In this document: in pieces, positions 1 to 13,550 of the stretch
Position numbering within the stretch: the stretch's first letter is position 1
How the letters are laid out: each line of letters starts with the position of its first letter
Origin: Macrostomum lignano
Taxonomy: Eukaryota
DNA length: 64,000 nt
Direction of reading: 5' to 3'
NCBI GenBank assembly: GCA_002269645.1
Contig: NIVC01000797.1
Span: 248,001-312,000, forward strand
The notes under the pieces: generated by a model
The model's input: only the letters and a program-made list of their open reading frames with translations
Told to the model about the DNA's origin: nothing
Database searches by the model: none
Position numbers and translations under genes: made by a program

Positions 1-1846
1 GTCAGGTGAATGATTGGGTCAGGAGTCAGGTGAGCTATTGGGTCAGGAGTCAGGTGAATGATTGGGTCAGGAGTTAGGTGAGCGATTGGGTCAGGAGTCA
101 GGCGAGCTATTGGGTCAGGAGTCAGGTGAGCGATTGGGTCAGGAGTCAGGTGAATGATTGGGTCAGGAGTCAGGTGAGCTATTGGGTCAGGAGTCAGGTG
201 AGCGATTGGGTCAGGAGTCAGGTGAATGATTGGGTCAGGAGTCAGGTGAGCGATTGGGTCAGGAGTCAGGTGAATGATTGGGTCAGGAGTCAGGTGAATG
301 ATTGGGTCAGGAGTCAGGTGAATGATTGGGTCAGGAGTCAGGTGAATGATTGGGTCAGGAGTCAGGTGAATGATTGGGTCAGGAGTCAGGTGAGCTATTG
401 GGTCAGGAGTCAGGTGAGCTATTGGGTCAGGAGTCAGGTGAAAGATTGGGTCAGGAGTCAGGTGAAAGATTGGGTCAGGAGTCAGGTGAATGATTGGGTC
501 AGGATGCAGGTAAAAGATTGGGTCAGGAGTCAGGTGAAAGATTGGGTCAGGAGTCAGGTGAGCTATTGGGTCAGGAGTCAGGTGAGCGATTGGGTCAGGA
601 TGCAGGTGAATGATTGGGTCAGGAGTCAGGTGAGCTATTGGGTCAGGAGTCAGGTGAGCTATTGGGTCAGGAGTCAGGTGAGCTATTGGGTCAGGAGTCA
701 GGTGAGCTATTGGGTAAGGAGTCAGGTGAATGATTGGGTCAGGAGTCAGGTGAATCATTGGGTCAGGAGTCAGGTCAGCTACTGGGTCAGGAGTCAGGTG
801 AGCGATTGGGTCAGGAGTCAGGTCAATTATTGGGTCAGGAGTCAAGTGAAAGATTGGGTCAGGAGTCAAGTGAAAGATTGGGTCAGGAGTCAGGTGAGCG
901 ATTGGGTCAGGAGTCAGGTGAGCTATTGGGTAAGGAGTCAGGTGAATGATTGGGTCAGGAGTCAGGTGAATGATTGGGTCAGGAGTCAGGTCAGCTACTG
1001 GGTCAGGAGTCAGGTGAGCTATTGGGTCAGGAGTCAGGTGAATGATTGGATCAGGAGTCAGGAGTCAGGTGAGCGATTGGGTCAGGAGTCAGGTCAATGA
1101 TTGGGTCAGGAGTCAAGTGAAAGATTGGGTCAGGAGTCAGGTGAATGATTGGGTCAGGAGTCAAGTGAATGATTGGGTTAGGAGTCAGGTGAACGATTGG
1201 GTCAGGAGTCAATTGAACTATTGGTGAGGACTCGGGAATCGGGTGAATGATTGGGTCAGGAGTCAGGTGAGCGATTGGGTCAGGAGTCAGGTGAGCGATT
1301 GGGTCAGGAGTCAGGTCAGCTACTGGGTCAGGAGTCAGGTGAGCTATTGGGTCAGGAGTCAGGTGAACTATTGGGTCTGGAGTCAGGTGAGCTATTGGGT
1401 CAGGAGTCAGGTGAGCTATTGGGTCTAGAGTCAGGTGAGCGATTGGGTCAGGAGTCAATTGAACTATTGGTGAGGACTCGGGAATCGGGTGAATGATTGA
1501 GTCAGGAGTCAGGTGAGCGATTGGGTCAGGAGTCAATTGAACTATTGGTGAGGACTCGGGAATCGGGTGAATGATTGGGTCAGGAGTCAGGTGAGCGATT
1601 GGGTCAGGAGTCAGGTGAGCGATTGGGTCAGGAGTCAGGTCAGCTACTGGGTCAGGAGTCAGGTGAGCTATTGGGTCAGGAGTCAGGTGAACTATTGGGT
1701 CAGGAGTCAGGTGAGCTATTGGGTCAGGAGTCAGGTGAGCTATTGGGTCTAGAGTCAGGTGAGCGATTGGGTCAGGAGTCAGTTGAACTATTGGTGAGGA
1801 CTCGGGAATCGGGTGAATGATTGGGTCAGGAGTCATGTGAGCGATT
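1..1846. repeat. 24-bp minisatellite (GTCAGGTGAATGATTGGGTCAGGA)n with a 324-bp higher-order duplication near its end
   Basis: Unit read directly; it gives the 8-aa SQVNDWVR periodicity in the ORF track. The variant block AATTGAACTATTGGTGAGGACTCGGGAATC recurs at ~1211/1535 and ~1457/1781 (324-bp offset). Probably intronic to the pLGIC gene. Confidence 0.95.
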
Positions 1847-2336
1847 TGATAAGAAGTCATGAGACAAATCACGATAAAAAAGCGCTCAGGTATATAGTTT
1901 CTATTTCAGATCATTACTAACAAATCCGACAGCAGGCCTCCATGAAACGCACCAGCGGATTGGGATCTGGCTAATTATAAATCACAGTTACAGTTGTGCT
2001 CCATTAAAAAAATACCCCAGTCAGCAGGTAACTGAAACTCCAGACAGGGAGATAGAGAGACATTGGGAAGAGATTTTTTTAGTCGGGAAATGTGAACGTT
2101 TTTAGATGATTTGCCAATTTATTTGATGGGACTTTACGTGCACCAGTAGTTAGTCGCAAATATGATCATATATTAGATTGCCCAGATTCGTAATTAAGTC
2201 ATGCATCAGCAATCGGGCTGAGAAGTTTTGGCGCAATTAGACTATGGGTCCGTCCTAAAATATATGATATAGGGATTTATAAGGTGTCTAATGGCTTTGC
2301 AATAGATAACCAGGCGCTTCGTCTCTTGGGCAGCAC

Positions 2337-4150
2337 CCAAAGACATTCCCAAAGACAGCGCTCCCTCCCAAAGACAGCGTCCCTTTCCCAAAGACAGCGT
2401 CCCTTTCTCAAAGACAGCGTCCCTTTCCCAAAGACAGCGTCCCTTTCCCAAAGACAGCGTCCCTTTCTCAAAGACAGCGTCCCTCTCCCAAAGACAGCGT
2501 CCCTTTCCCAAAGACAGCGTCCCTTTCTCAAAGACAGCGTCCCTTTCTCAAAGACAGCGTCCCTTTCTCAAAGACAGCGTCCCTTTCTCAAAGACAGCGT
2601 CCCTTTCCCAAAGACAGGGTCCCTTTCCCAAAGACAGCGTCCCTTTCCCAAAGACCCTTTCCCAAAGACAGCGTCCCTTTCTCAAAGACAGCGTCCCTTT
2701 CCCAAAGACCCTTTCCCAAAGACAGCGTCCCTTTCTCAAAGACAGCGTCCCTTTCCCAAAGACAGCGTCCCTTTCTCAAAGACAGCGTCCCTTTCCCAAA
2801 GACAGCGTCCCTTTCTCAAAGACAGCGTCCCTTTCTCAAAGACAGCGTCCCTTTCCCAAAGACAGAGTCCCTTTCTCAAAGACAGCGTCCCTTTCTCAAA
2901 GACAGCGTCCCTTTTACAAAGACAGCGTCCCTTTCTCAAAGACAGCGTCCCTTTCTCAAAGACAGCGTCCCTTTCTCAAAGACAGCGTCCCTTTCCCAAA
3001 GACAGCGTCCCTTTCCCAAAGACAGCGTCCCTTTCCCAAAGACAGCGTCCCTTTCCCAAAGACAGCGTCCCTTTCCCAAAGACAGCGTCCCTTTCCCAAA
3101 GACAGCGTCCCTTTCTCAAAGACAGCGTCCCTTTCTCAAAGACAGCGTCCCTTTCTCAAAGACAGCGTCCCTTTCCCAAAGACAGAGTCCCTTTCTCAAA
3201 GACAGCGTCCCTTTCCCAAAGACCCTTTCTCAAAGACAGCGTCCCTTTCTCAAAGACAGCGTCCCTTTCCCAAAGACAGAGTCCCTTTCTCAAAGACAGC
3301 GTCCCTTTCTCAAAGACAGCGTCCCTTTCCCAAAGACAGCGTCCCTTTCTCAAAGACAGCGTCCCTTTCCCAAAGACAGCGCTTCCTCCCAAAGACAGCG
3401 CTCCCTCCCAAACAAAGCACTCCCTCCCAAAGACAGCGTCCCTTTCTCAAAGACAGCGCTTCCTCCCAAAGACAGCGCTCCCTCCCAAAGACAGCGCTCC
3501 CTCCCAAACAAAGCACTCCCTCCCAAAGACAGCGTCCCTTTCTCAAAGACAGCGCTTCCTCCCAAAGACAGCGCTCCCTCCCAAAGACAGCGTCCCTTTC
3601 TCAAAGACAGCGTTCCTTTTGCAAAGACAGCGCTCCCTCCCAAAGAGCCTCTTCACGGCAATTGGTTCTAGAACCAGAATAAATTCGAGTTATAGAACCA
3701 GAACCAGTGTGAAATGAGGAGCTTCGAACCCATTTTATGTTTGACAGTCTTTACAATTTAATTTTGTCGTTCTTCGACTTTGTTTCCTCTTGGATATGAC
3801 AAGAAACGGAATAATTATACAACAATAATAGAAAATTGACGATTTCAAATATATTTTACTGTTAAAGTGTAAACATGACAACGGTTCGAGAAAATTTCTC
3901 GAACCGTATTCCAGAACCTGAACCATGTTCCGGAACTGATTCTGTTTTTCGAACCATCGATATGAAGAGCGTCGAACCCGTTCGGAACTGGTTCCGTTTT
4001 TCGAACCGGCGATATGAAGAGGCTCAAAGACAGCGCTCCCTCCCAAAGACAGCGTCCTTTCGCAAAGACAGCAACTCTTACCAAATGCAGCACCCCTCCC
4101 TTACGACAGCAGCCCTTTTCAAGGACACGGTTGTTACCTAAGGACAGCAC
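2337..4150. repeat. 20-bp minisatellite (AAAGACAGCGTCCCTTTCTC)n, interrupted at 3645-4025 by a MITE
   Basis: Units align vertically in the 60-nt lines (3 units per line). The array resumes in register at 4026 and decays by ~4150. Confidence 0.95.
3645..4025. mobile_element. 381-bp MITE-like insertion with 11-bp TIR GAGCCTCTTCA and 3-bp AAA target duplication (possibly PIF/Harbinger-like)
   Basis: Left end CCCAAA|GAGCCTCTTCA, right end TGAAGAGGCTC|AAAGACAGCG. Removing the element and one AAA restores the host unit CCCAAAGACAGCG. Many subterminal GGTTC/GAACC motifs. Superfamily inferred from the 3-bp TSD only. Confidence 0.75.
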
Positions 4151-4234
4151 AAAAAACTTTTGATATGAGAAGAAGCAAAAACCACTTTCTAAATATTTCC
4201 AACACTATAGTCCACCTCTATTCGTGTTTCTCAG

Positions 4235-6465
4235 GACTTAACTATCACTGTGGCTTCGAATCTGTCGTCGGCAGAAATTCGTTTAGTGAACGACCCAGAT
4301 GAGCCGCACAGAATCAATAAGCAATCTTTTATCGGTGAGTCGTATTTGAAACGATATTAGCTATCAATTAAAATTCAGTTGAGCTCCAGTTCACCCTGTT
4401 GCGATTGGGTAGCAGCTCTGAGCTGCGGTAGAAATACAGGACCCTACACAGTGCCAGCACTGTGCAAGGCCGTTGGCTGTCACACCTGGCCACCTTACTG
4501 CAACGGGTCCAGAGTATTTCCATATGCAGGTACATGTAAACGCGTTTACCTGCAAAGATTCAGCTTGCTTGTGTACTGATCGTTGCGTGCGCTTTTATAA
4601 CGCACGTTAGGATCCGGCCCTCCTGGTTGCACAAGCAAACCCAAAATCGACATGCAACCACCCTGACATGTTCATGTCAAACTGTACCACTTTGGCACGA
4701 ACACAACTTTAACATTTCAATCAATAATTTTGCAAATGAGCAGATGAGCAAGAGTGGTTCCTGTACAAGCACATCGAGACGGAGCAGAAAGAGCTGGCAT
4801 GCGAGTACACGGACCCTGGCTCGATCCGGCCAGCCCTGTCTGTCAAGTGCAGAGCGGCTCGGAGACCGGCTTATTTTATTTGGAATATTTTTCTGGTCAC
4901 GGTAAGATGCTGATTGTTTGGGTGTTATCAATCACTGTCTAGCTATCCTTGGCCTATCTTCGAAAATGACTCTGACTCTCACACCACACACCCCAATCTG
5001 GCGTTGTGGTGCGATTAACGCCAGCAGGACCAGTGTACACATGCCTGACGATTAAAAGTAACACCCTGTGCGAGAGTGTGCATGAGTGCAGTGCCTGAGT
5101 ACAGTAAATGTGCTCAGGAGGGAAGAATTGCCTCAGCGCTAGTGGTCCGGGACGATGTCTCCCGAAGCTCTGCACCAGCTCAGCCGTCCTGTTTATATTA
5201 TTATTTTAAATATTATTAGTAACTGTTGCTCGAAAATATATTCGTCCGTGAGGCTAGAGTGTGCTTATATTTATTTTATAAGCGGAACAATGGCTTTTTA
5301 AAGTCGAGAAGTGTCTCAATAAAATCTATATATAAATTCGGGGGCTATTTAGGCACTTAATTAACTCTCTCAATATGAATTTACTTCATCACAATTGCAT
5401 TCAATTAATTCTCTCATCGCCTACTGCAGTTCCTAATCTGCTCCCTGTCGCTAGTGACATTCGCGGTGAAGCGCGATCTGCCTCAGAACCGGCTCCAGCT
5501 GACGTTCACTCTCGTGCTCACTTTGGTCGCCTTTAAATTTGTCGTCAATCAATGCCTGCCTAAGATATCCTACTTAACTTATTTGGTAAGTAGCAAGTTA
5601 AGCGTTTTTTCAGTAAATTTATCATTTTTACTCAAAATAAATAATTTCGATATTTTTCGGACCAGGACAAGTACGTGATCAGTAGTTTGTTTATCCTGAC
5701 GCTGATCTGTCTCTGGCACGGACTCATAGTAGTTATTGACAAGATCATTCTGGAGCACTTCGGCATGGTTTGGGACAACCTTGAGACCTACGTCATCATT
5801 GGCATGGCGTTCAGCTATGTGGCTTACAATGTTGGCTTTGTAATCATGATCTTTTCTGTGGTAAGTTACACTGAAGACACAAAGATCGAATGAATACTAC
5901 TGTAGTTGTAGTATGATGACTTTCCTAATATTGTCGTTCGCATTTCAAACCCCAGGCATGCAAGAGACGGAGAATCATGAAACAAAAGGACAGAGAGTAC
6001 ACGGTAAGCTGATCCAGGCTACATAATAACATATGCATGTACTAATTGTTAAGTCCCTGTGTGTGGTAAGGGTTAATGATAGCACCTTTCAGTAGGTACG
6101 TATAGGTGACATGGTTAATGATACTATCTTCGATAAAGCACCTGTCAGTAGGTGTTTAATTAGGTGACCAGGGTTAATGATACTATCCTCGATCAAGCAC
6201 CTGTCAATAAGTCTGTAGGTAAATATGATGCTATCCTTAGGCGCATGTCTGCTAGTCTGTAGGTTACGGGGGGGGGGCTAGTACTATCCTCCCAATGAAG
6301 TGGTGCCTGTAAATACTGTCCAGTTTACTAAAATTGGCAATGTAGGAGCGAGTGAAAATGCAGATGCGCTCAAAAGGAATGCGAGCGAAACGGATGCTGC
6401 AACAGACGCATCAGCTGCACGAGGTGAAGGAGAATGGACAGTCGCCTGCGGTTGCATTCATATAA
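4235..6465 (+). CDS. Pentameric ligand-gated ion channel subunit, probably Cys-less (Pro-loop) type; 3' part only, 5' exons lie upstream of the window
   Basis: Six GT-AG exons in a consistent frame: 4235-4334 (DLTITVASNL...KQSFI), 4744-4901 (DEQEWFLY...ARRPAYFIWNIFLVT; beta8 EW and pre-M1 RRP), 5430-5585 (M1-M2: QNRLQLTFTLVLTLVAFK, then LPKISYLTYL, the M2-M3 LPxxSYxT motif), 5666-5860 (DKYVI, M3, short loop, M4), 5956-6003, 6346-6465 (TAA). Confidence 0.9.
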
Positions 6466-6837
6466 ACGTAAAAACAATGACTTTTTTTTCAATTCCCAAA
6501 ATCTTATTCTGCATGTACTTCGTAATTTTGATAGTATATGTACCTGCTTTTACACGATGTCCATGTAACTAAGGTTGTTGGTATCGAAACTTTTTTGAAC
6601 TCGACTTTAAGAATACCTTTAAAAACCCAGTGATATTACTCGTATATAATAAGTCATAATTATAGATGTATGACCTGCACGAATTGCAGCAATTTGTACC
6701 GATTTGCATAAATTTGGATAACCAAAAGAATGTACATATATGAATGGCTATGCCACTGCAACACTGTAAAATGATTGTTTTCTTGATAGAGGAAACTTCC
6801 ACCAAAGAATTTTCGCCAAGTTGTTAGATAGGAACTT

Positions 6838-7495
6838 CACCTGTTAGACAAGAGTGTCACCTGTTAGACAAGAATGTCAGCTGTTAGACAGGAGTGTCAC
6901 CTGTTAGACAGAGGTGTTATCTGTTAGACAGAGGTATTATCTGTTAGACAGGAGTGTCACCTGTTAGACAGAGGTGTTATCTGTTAGACAGAGGTATTAT
7001 CTGTTAGACAGAGATTTCATCTGTTAGACAGAGATTTCATCTGTTAGACAGGGATGTTACCTGTTAGACAGAGATGTTATCTGCTAGACCGAGATGTTAT
7101 CTGTTAGACAGGGATGTCACCTGTTAGACAGGGATGTCACCTGTTAGACAGAGATGTCATCTGTTAGACAGAGATGTTATCTGTTAGACAGAGATGTCAT
7201 CTGTTAGACAGAGATGTTATCTGCTAGACAGAGATGTTATCTGTTAGACAGAGATGTTATCTGTTAGACAGAGATGTCATCTGCTAGACAGAGATGTTAT
7301 CTGTTAGACAGGCATGTCACCTGTTAAACAGGGATGTCACCTGTTAAACAGGGATGTCACCTGTTAAACAGGGATGTCACCTGTTAAACAGGGATGTCAC
7401 TTGTTAAGCAGGGATGTCACTTGTTAGACAGGGATGTCACCTGTTAGACAGGGATGTCACCGGTTAAACAGGGATGTCATCTGTTAGCCAACAGT
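6838..7495. repeat. 20-bp minisatellite (CTGTTAGACAGAGATGTCAT/CAC)n
   Basis: Units align in register across the 60-nt lines; variants drift gradually along the array. Confidence 0.95.
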
Positions 7496-9499
7496 GTTAT
7501 ACCTGTTAGAAAATATGACCAAACTTTTTATCAAATGACGGCGTGTGGGATGAGCTTTACAGTAAGCTACCAACTCTTAGCACCTTAAAAACGAGAAACC
7601 CTTAATCAGTTCATACTACCCATAGTACCCATACCACCCACAGCGCTTCATATAACTTTAAGATTGCTTGCACTACGAGTATACACTAGTTCAATACTAC
7701 ATAATTGACATATCATACAAATATACATAAACTTAAGTTATTATTCGTTCGAATTCGTACAAACATATTTTCCTAACACTTTTTAGATTTGCTTAACAAT
7801 TTTATATAACATCTGTTGCGATACTACTACTAATACTATTTTGTAGCTACAGTATCGTGCAACTTTTGTTAATTTACTACTTGTAAATAGTTTCTCACGT
7901 TACTTGATTATTTAGAAAATTACCTAAATTACAATTGAGTATATTACATGTACCTAAATATTATGATTGCCATTTTCGCCTACTTCGTACTTAATCAAAT
8001 GAACTCTGAATTTTATTTGACCATATAGGGGTTGTCGATCAAATATGTGTACTATTATTTTAAGTGCCATCTATATTGCACTTAAAGCGACTACAATGTC
8101 TCAATTTCTTCTCTTTGATTATATTTTAAAATGTGACTACTTTTTTACTTAACACGAATCTATCATACTTATCCTTGCGAAGAACTTGTCATAATTACGC
8201 TCATATACTGAACAATACAGACCTAACAACCGATTTTGAGTCTGTTGCAAAATTTTCTCTAATATTTTGCACGCCTACTTGTAGTAGTGTAAATAGGAAC
8301 TGCATCTCAGTTGAATAATAATTCATAAAATATTATCTATTTTCCAAATAAATGAACACGTGACTTCATTTGTTGCAGTTTCATGTTTTTGTAGCTTTAA
8401 AAAGCAACGCAAGTGAGTCTAAACAACTGACAAGAAGTTTCAGCTGCATGGTGACAAGTTATAATAAAAAAACTGCAAGTTATGATTTTTTCATAGATCT
8501 TTCGCCTTCAGTTCAAAGATAAAAACTACAGGTAATACTTTTTATCTGACACAAAAACGAAATTAGCCCGAGACAAGAGAGAGAGAGAGAGGTCACGAGC
8601 TGAGCTGGGTAAAAGTAGAACATTATTTTCAATACGATACATTAGTTTTAATCCAATGACGTCTAATTTGCTTCACCCGTCAGATCTACTTGTAATAATC
8701 GTACTGATCGTGACTAACACAAGTGAAGCCTGCTGCAGCAACAAGACAATTTCCCTGACTGAATCTCTCTCTGACCTACGCATTTCCTTGCCCCCACCCC
8801 AGCCCCCCCTCCCCACCACCTCATTTACTTCGTGCGTCACGCATTTGCCTCGTGCCTTTGGGGGAAAAGGGGCAAAGGGCCTTGTCGCAAGACCTGAGAC
8901 AGCTAGGTCCTGGGGAGGGGGAGTCGGGAGGTTACGGTTGTGTTTGATGACGGCTTCAACCTTTTCTGGTTAGTTAAAGACAGCTGCCCTCGGCCCGGCC
9001 CGTCCCCTCAGGCTAACTAAGAATTAACAGCCATCTTTCTCCGGCGACTGCACTTGCACTGCATAGTGCATACAGGCGGTATATAGTTGTAGGTCAATTT
9101 CTTTAGCATTTCTATCTATTCCTATAGCTGTGCCATAAATTTTACCGTCAATTGTAGCTCGTATTAGCTCGAGAAAGCAGTGCAGACAAAAGCGATATAA
9201 AGATCCAGACTCAGTTCTCTCTGCATATACTACGAGTGTAGGTCAGACTGAATAAACTTGAGATTGAGAGCATCCATGTGCAGTTATAATTGCCCCCAGC
9301 GATGTCCAGGCCTAGCTCTCAACCTGCAACTGCAACCAACAGAATAAAAGGCCCCTCGGGTCTGGACTCCGTCTCGTGTCTATGTTTAATTGACGAGATG
9401 CGTATACGATACAACTCACATGAAAACAATTTTGCTCCGACTGGTTTTAATTTGTTTTAAAATGAGCACAAAGTTTGAACTCTAATTTAAGCCGGTTCT

Positions 9500-10081
9500 G
9501 TCCAGACTCCGGAGTCCGGCTTGCGGGCCATATGCGGCCCGCAAAGCCTCTCTATCCGGTTCATTGGACACTTAAGAATAGCAATCCGGCCCGCTCAAGG
9601 TTTGTCTCTTCTCAGCTATCTCTCCTGTTCTCCTCTCATCTCTCCTCTCCTCTCGGCTCTCTCCTCTTCTCTCCTCTTCTCTTCTCCTCTCTTCTCTCCT
9701 CTTCTCTCCTCTCCTCTCTTCGACTCTACTCTCTCGTCTCATCTCATCTCCTCCTCCCTCTCATCTCCTCTCTTCTTTCCTCTCCTCTCCGCTCCTCTCC
9801 TCTCCTCTTGGCTCTCTTCTCTCCTCTCCTCTTCTCTCCGCTCCTCTACTCTACTCTCTCATCTCATCTCTCCCCTCTCATCTCAGCTCCTCTCCCCACT
9901 CCTCTATCTCTTCTCTCATAGCCGCTCTCATCTCGCTTCTCACCTCCACTCTCTTTTGTCATCTCTCATCTCATCTTTCTTCTCTCTCCCCCATTCCCTC
10001 TCCTTTCCACTCTCATCTGGCCCGCAGCCATGAGCTTGATTCTTTATCTGGCCCTTGAGGTCAAAAGTTTGCCCACCCCTG
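9500..10081. mobile_element. Degenerate non-autonomous hAT/Charlie-like element with an internal CT-rich expansion (~9605-10020)
   Basis: Right end TGGCCCTTGAGGTCAAAAGTTTGCCCACCCCTG followed by CTCTAAGA (fits the Charlie NTCTARAN target preference). Left subterminal motif GTCCGGCTTGCGGGCCATATGCGGCCCG. The left TIR and matching TSD are not recognisable. Confidence 0.5.
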
Positions 10082-11651
10082 CTCTAAGAGCGCCAGAATG
10101 TACGCTCTTAAGTCTGCACATGTTACTGTCGTGTGCAGTTACAGTCGCGTGGACCACCTACGAGTTCGTGTGTGATTCAAGCGATTCGTACAGTATAGCA
10201 AAACAACAATGCAACCTATGCAAGGCAACATGATAATAAGTGATCATAGAAATTTCTCAACAAGGCCAAAAAGTAATGTTTGCATTATTTAACGTGTGAA
10301 TCATGGACTGATCAACTATGCGAGACTAATCACGAAGCCATTTTAGTAGCCTATATTTACTGTATGCATGCCATAAGTCTACTCAAATAGAATTCTAATG
10401 GTTTATATTTTTGCCAATTGCCAGTATTGAAAAAGAAATTAATACATTAATACACGCTATTGCGTGGTATGTGTATCAAGTATGTATAGTTATTTAAAGG
10501 AAATATTAAATTGACAATGCCAATACGCTTGCCACTGCTAATGAATAAGTGAGCATCTGTAGATTACCACTCTGCACGAACACGAACATGCACAGAGACT
10601 AGGTACACATCCATCCTTGACTGCACAGGCATGGCAAAGACATCGCTAGCTACTTCGCTATAGGTAGAGGCCCAGAGTGGCAGAGTATATGATATGACAA
10701 GCTACATGTATAGCTACATGCATATTATTATGTTGCGCATTTCCGGCAACAGACCAACAGCTGCAATATTGTGCATGTGCATGCAGTACAGAACCGGCCA
10801 GCCGCCACTACAGTATAAATTACGACTTACGAGTCTATTTAATTGCATCATAATCATAACTATTGTAATAATTGGGCGGGTCTCTTAATCATTGCCAATT
10901 GCCCATGTATTATAGTATAATACATATTAGCTAGCTAGCTTACCACGTTATTTACATTGTCATTGAGTAATGCAGTAGTAGCCCCAAGTGGGGCTTGCTT
11001 AGTAAATGAATGAGTAAGTCAGTAAAATTCTACCCCACGTCTTTCCGCACACCGCATGAACGTGCACAAATGGTATTATAATAGCCGAATTTCTAGAAAA
11101 TGCTGAAAGAAAAACGAATGTACGCGCTTGTTAGTATTGTACTGTTGTACATACTGCCAAACGTACAAAGCATAACGTACATAAATCGTTGCCCCAGTGT
11201 ACAATCAACAAATGCCTTAATTTTTACTGTAAGTAGGTAAAACGAATTTTGCATACAAATTTTATCTACCAACTTAGTCAACACTACAATGCTGAAGCCA
11301 ACAGTGACAGTTCATGCTTGCTCTTGTGCAATAATAACGACCTTGAAATTTCTGTTACAAAATTTTTATCAGAAAATTGTAAATTGACTCTTACTATTTT
11401 TAATGATTGATTTTAAAAGGAATGAGAAAGGTTTTGAGTTTTATTTTTGTCAACAAATAAGGAAATATTTGTGTAGAAAAATAGTGGATCTACTTTATCC
11501 TACTTCACAGAGAAAACGTGACTCAGGCGAGTGGTGCCTTAAAAACGCTACTTCTTCACGTTAGACTCGTTTGATATCTCATCGAAAGCGCGCACGCACC
11601 GACATTTTACGTCTGCATTCTACATATCTTGCCGAATAATCAAAACTCAGT

Positions 11652-13550
11652 ATGTCGTCCTCCATGTCTGGCTGGCTCACTTCCTCCAACATCTCTGGAC
11701 GGGAGGATCTGGTGCACATTGCGAAGCTCGCCGAGCAGGCTGAGCGATATGACGACATGGCGACTGCCATGAAGGCCGTGACTGAAAAAGGTCAGGAGCT
11801 GGGTAATGAGGAGAGAAATCTGCTCTCTGTTGCCTACAAAAACGTTGTCGGCGCTAGGAGGTCTTCGTGGCGTGTGATCTCTAGCATCGAGAGCAAGACC
11901 GAGGGCAGCGAGAGGAAGCAGTCAATGGCTAAAGAATACCGTCAGAAGATTGAGAGCGAACTGCAGAGGATCTGCAAGGAAGTGTTGGTAAGTCGCTCAT
12001 CATTTTGAAAGTAAATTGAAATTTATGTAACGTTGTTATTATGGCATGGAGCTTGTCGCTTATTGCCATATTGTATAGTACTATCTTATTAATTAATTAT
12101 TAATTTAAAAAGTTCACAGGTAATATCAATGACAATGTTCAGTGACTGATCGATAATATTAGCCCTTTAGCATTAGGGAATTAAAAATACAAATTCTGAT
12201 AGGTAGGGGCCTAGGCTAGTTCTAGTATCAATGCCAATTGCTAATAGTATCATCTAATATGGCAAAATCTATTGCCAGTACTGGTATCAATTAGACATTA
12301 TGTCTTGTGATTCTTAAATTTAAGATTAGGCCTAAGACAATTATATTTTAATTTTTGTTACACTTAAGCTATAAGGTAGATATAGTTTATTTAATTTAAT
12401 AATTCTAGTTGCTCTAAATCTATATTATTCATTATTACAATAAAATAATTTTAGTAAGTAGATGCTTCTTAATCTTAGGCTGTTTTATTGTTAAACTATT
12501 GATTAAATGATAAAGTAATATATTTGTGATAAATTTAAAGAAAACATATCTGTATCAATGTTATGGCCTATCATAGCTTCAGTTTTTTTGTTGAGTATAT
12601 TTTAATGTAATTCTTGCATGCTTAATCAAATTCATGAATATTATATAATTAATAAAGTAATCCCATAAATAACTGAATAATTCAAATTAATTTTTTTAAA
12701 TGTTAGCAAAAATTTGGTTTTGTTGAACTCAACTTTCAATGCATGAAGACTGAAATCTGTATAGTAAGGTGCAACATTAAGGATTAAGCTTGAAAATTTG
12801 CATGGTTCTATTTGTTTGATCCCATTTTTTGCTTCTCTAGTGCATGTTGGTACAATAACGTTTGCTGTGTTATGCCATTTTTTAAACTAACATTTTTAGA
12901 GCCTCTTGGATGACTACCTAATTAAGAATGCTCCCAACTCGGAGTCGAAGGTTTTCTACTTCAAGATGAAGGGCGATTATTTCCGCTACCTAGCCGAGGT
13001 GGCCACCGGCGATGAGCGCAAGAACGTTGTCGACAGCTCCGAGGGCGCCTACAAGTCCGCCACTGACCACGCCGAAACTGAGCTGGCCACCACCCATCCC
13101 ATCCGCCTTGGCCTGGCCCTCAATTATTCAGTGTTCTTCTACGAGATCAAGAACGACCCGGAGCGGGCTTGCCAACTGGCCAAGAAGGTGGGCGATTTGT
13201 TTATTTCACGATGGCTTGCTGTAAATTTTACTGGCCTTTTAAGCACTTGGATGATTTTAAAGTTCTCGTCGCACTTTTTTTATACAGGCCTTCGACAATG
13301 CGATTGCGGATCTCGACGATCTGGCCGAAGAGTCCTACAAGGATTCCACTCTGATAATGCAGTTGCTGAGGGACAATCTGACTGTAAGTATATTAGCAAA
13401 TTTATTAAATTCTGTCCAATAGATCAATTTCTTTTCATTTAATAAAATTTATTACACTTTTCTGATTAATTTTTTCTCCAAACCCCTTCAAATTTGCAGC
13501 TCTGGACCTCCGAGCAGGGCGGCGACGATGGCGAACAGCAGGACAACTGA
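11652..13550 (+). CDS. 14-3-3 protein, isoform A (256 aa, 4 exons)
   Basis: Exons 11652-11987, 12900-13187, 13288-13383, 13500-13550 (TGA); all phase-0 GT-AG junctions. Motifs: [70 protein letters not shown]. Confidence 0.97.

Noticed and set aside
78-3717. Long ORFs of 340, 273 and 477 aa with peptide periodicity
   Set aside because: They are translations of 24- and 20-bp minisatellites that lack stops in some frames; no domain, and they probably lie in a pLGIC intron.
8930-9040. Possible HDV-like ribozyme or SINE/LINE end (CTGCCCTCGGCCCGGCCCGTCCCCTCAGGCTAACTAAG)
   Set aside because: I could not build a P1 helix or the nested pseudoknot on either strand. No hammerhead CTGATGA...GAAA core with stems was found anywhere in the window.
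10978-11005. Hairpin AGCCCCAAGTGGGGCT followed by TGCTTAGT, resembling a Helitron 3' end
   Set aside because: No exact CTRR terminus and no matching 5' end found; one short hairpin is insufficient.
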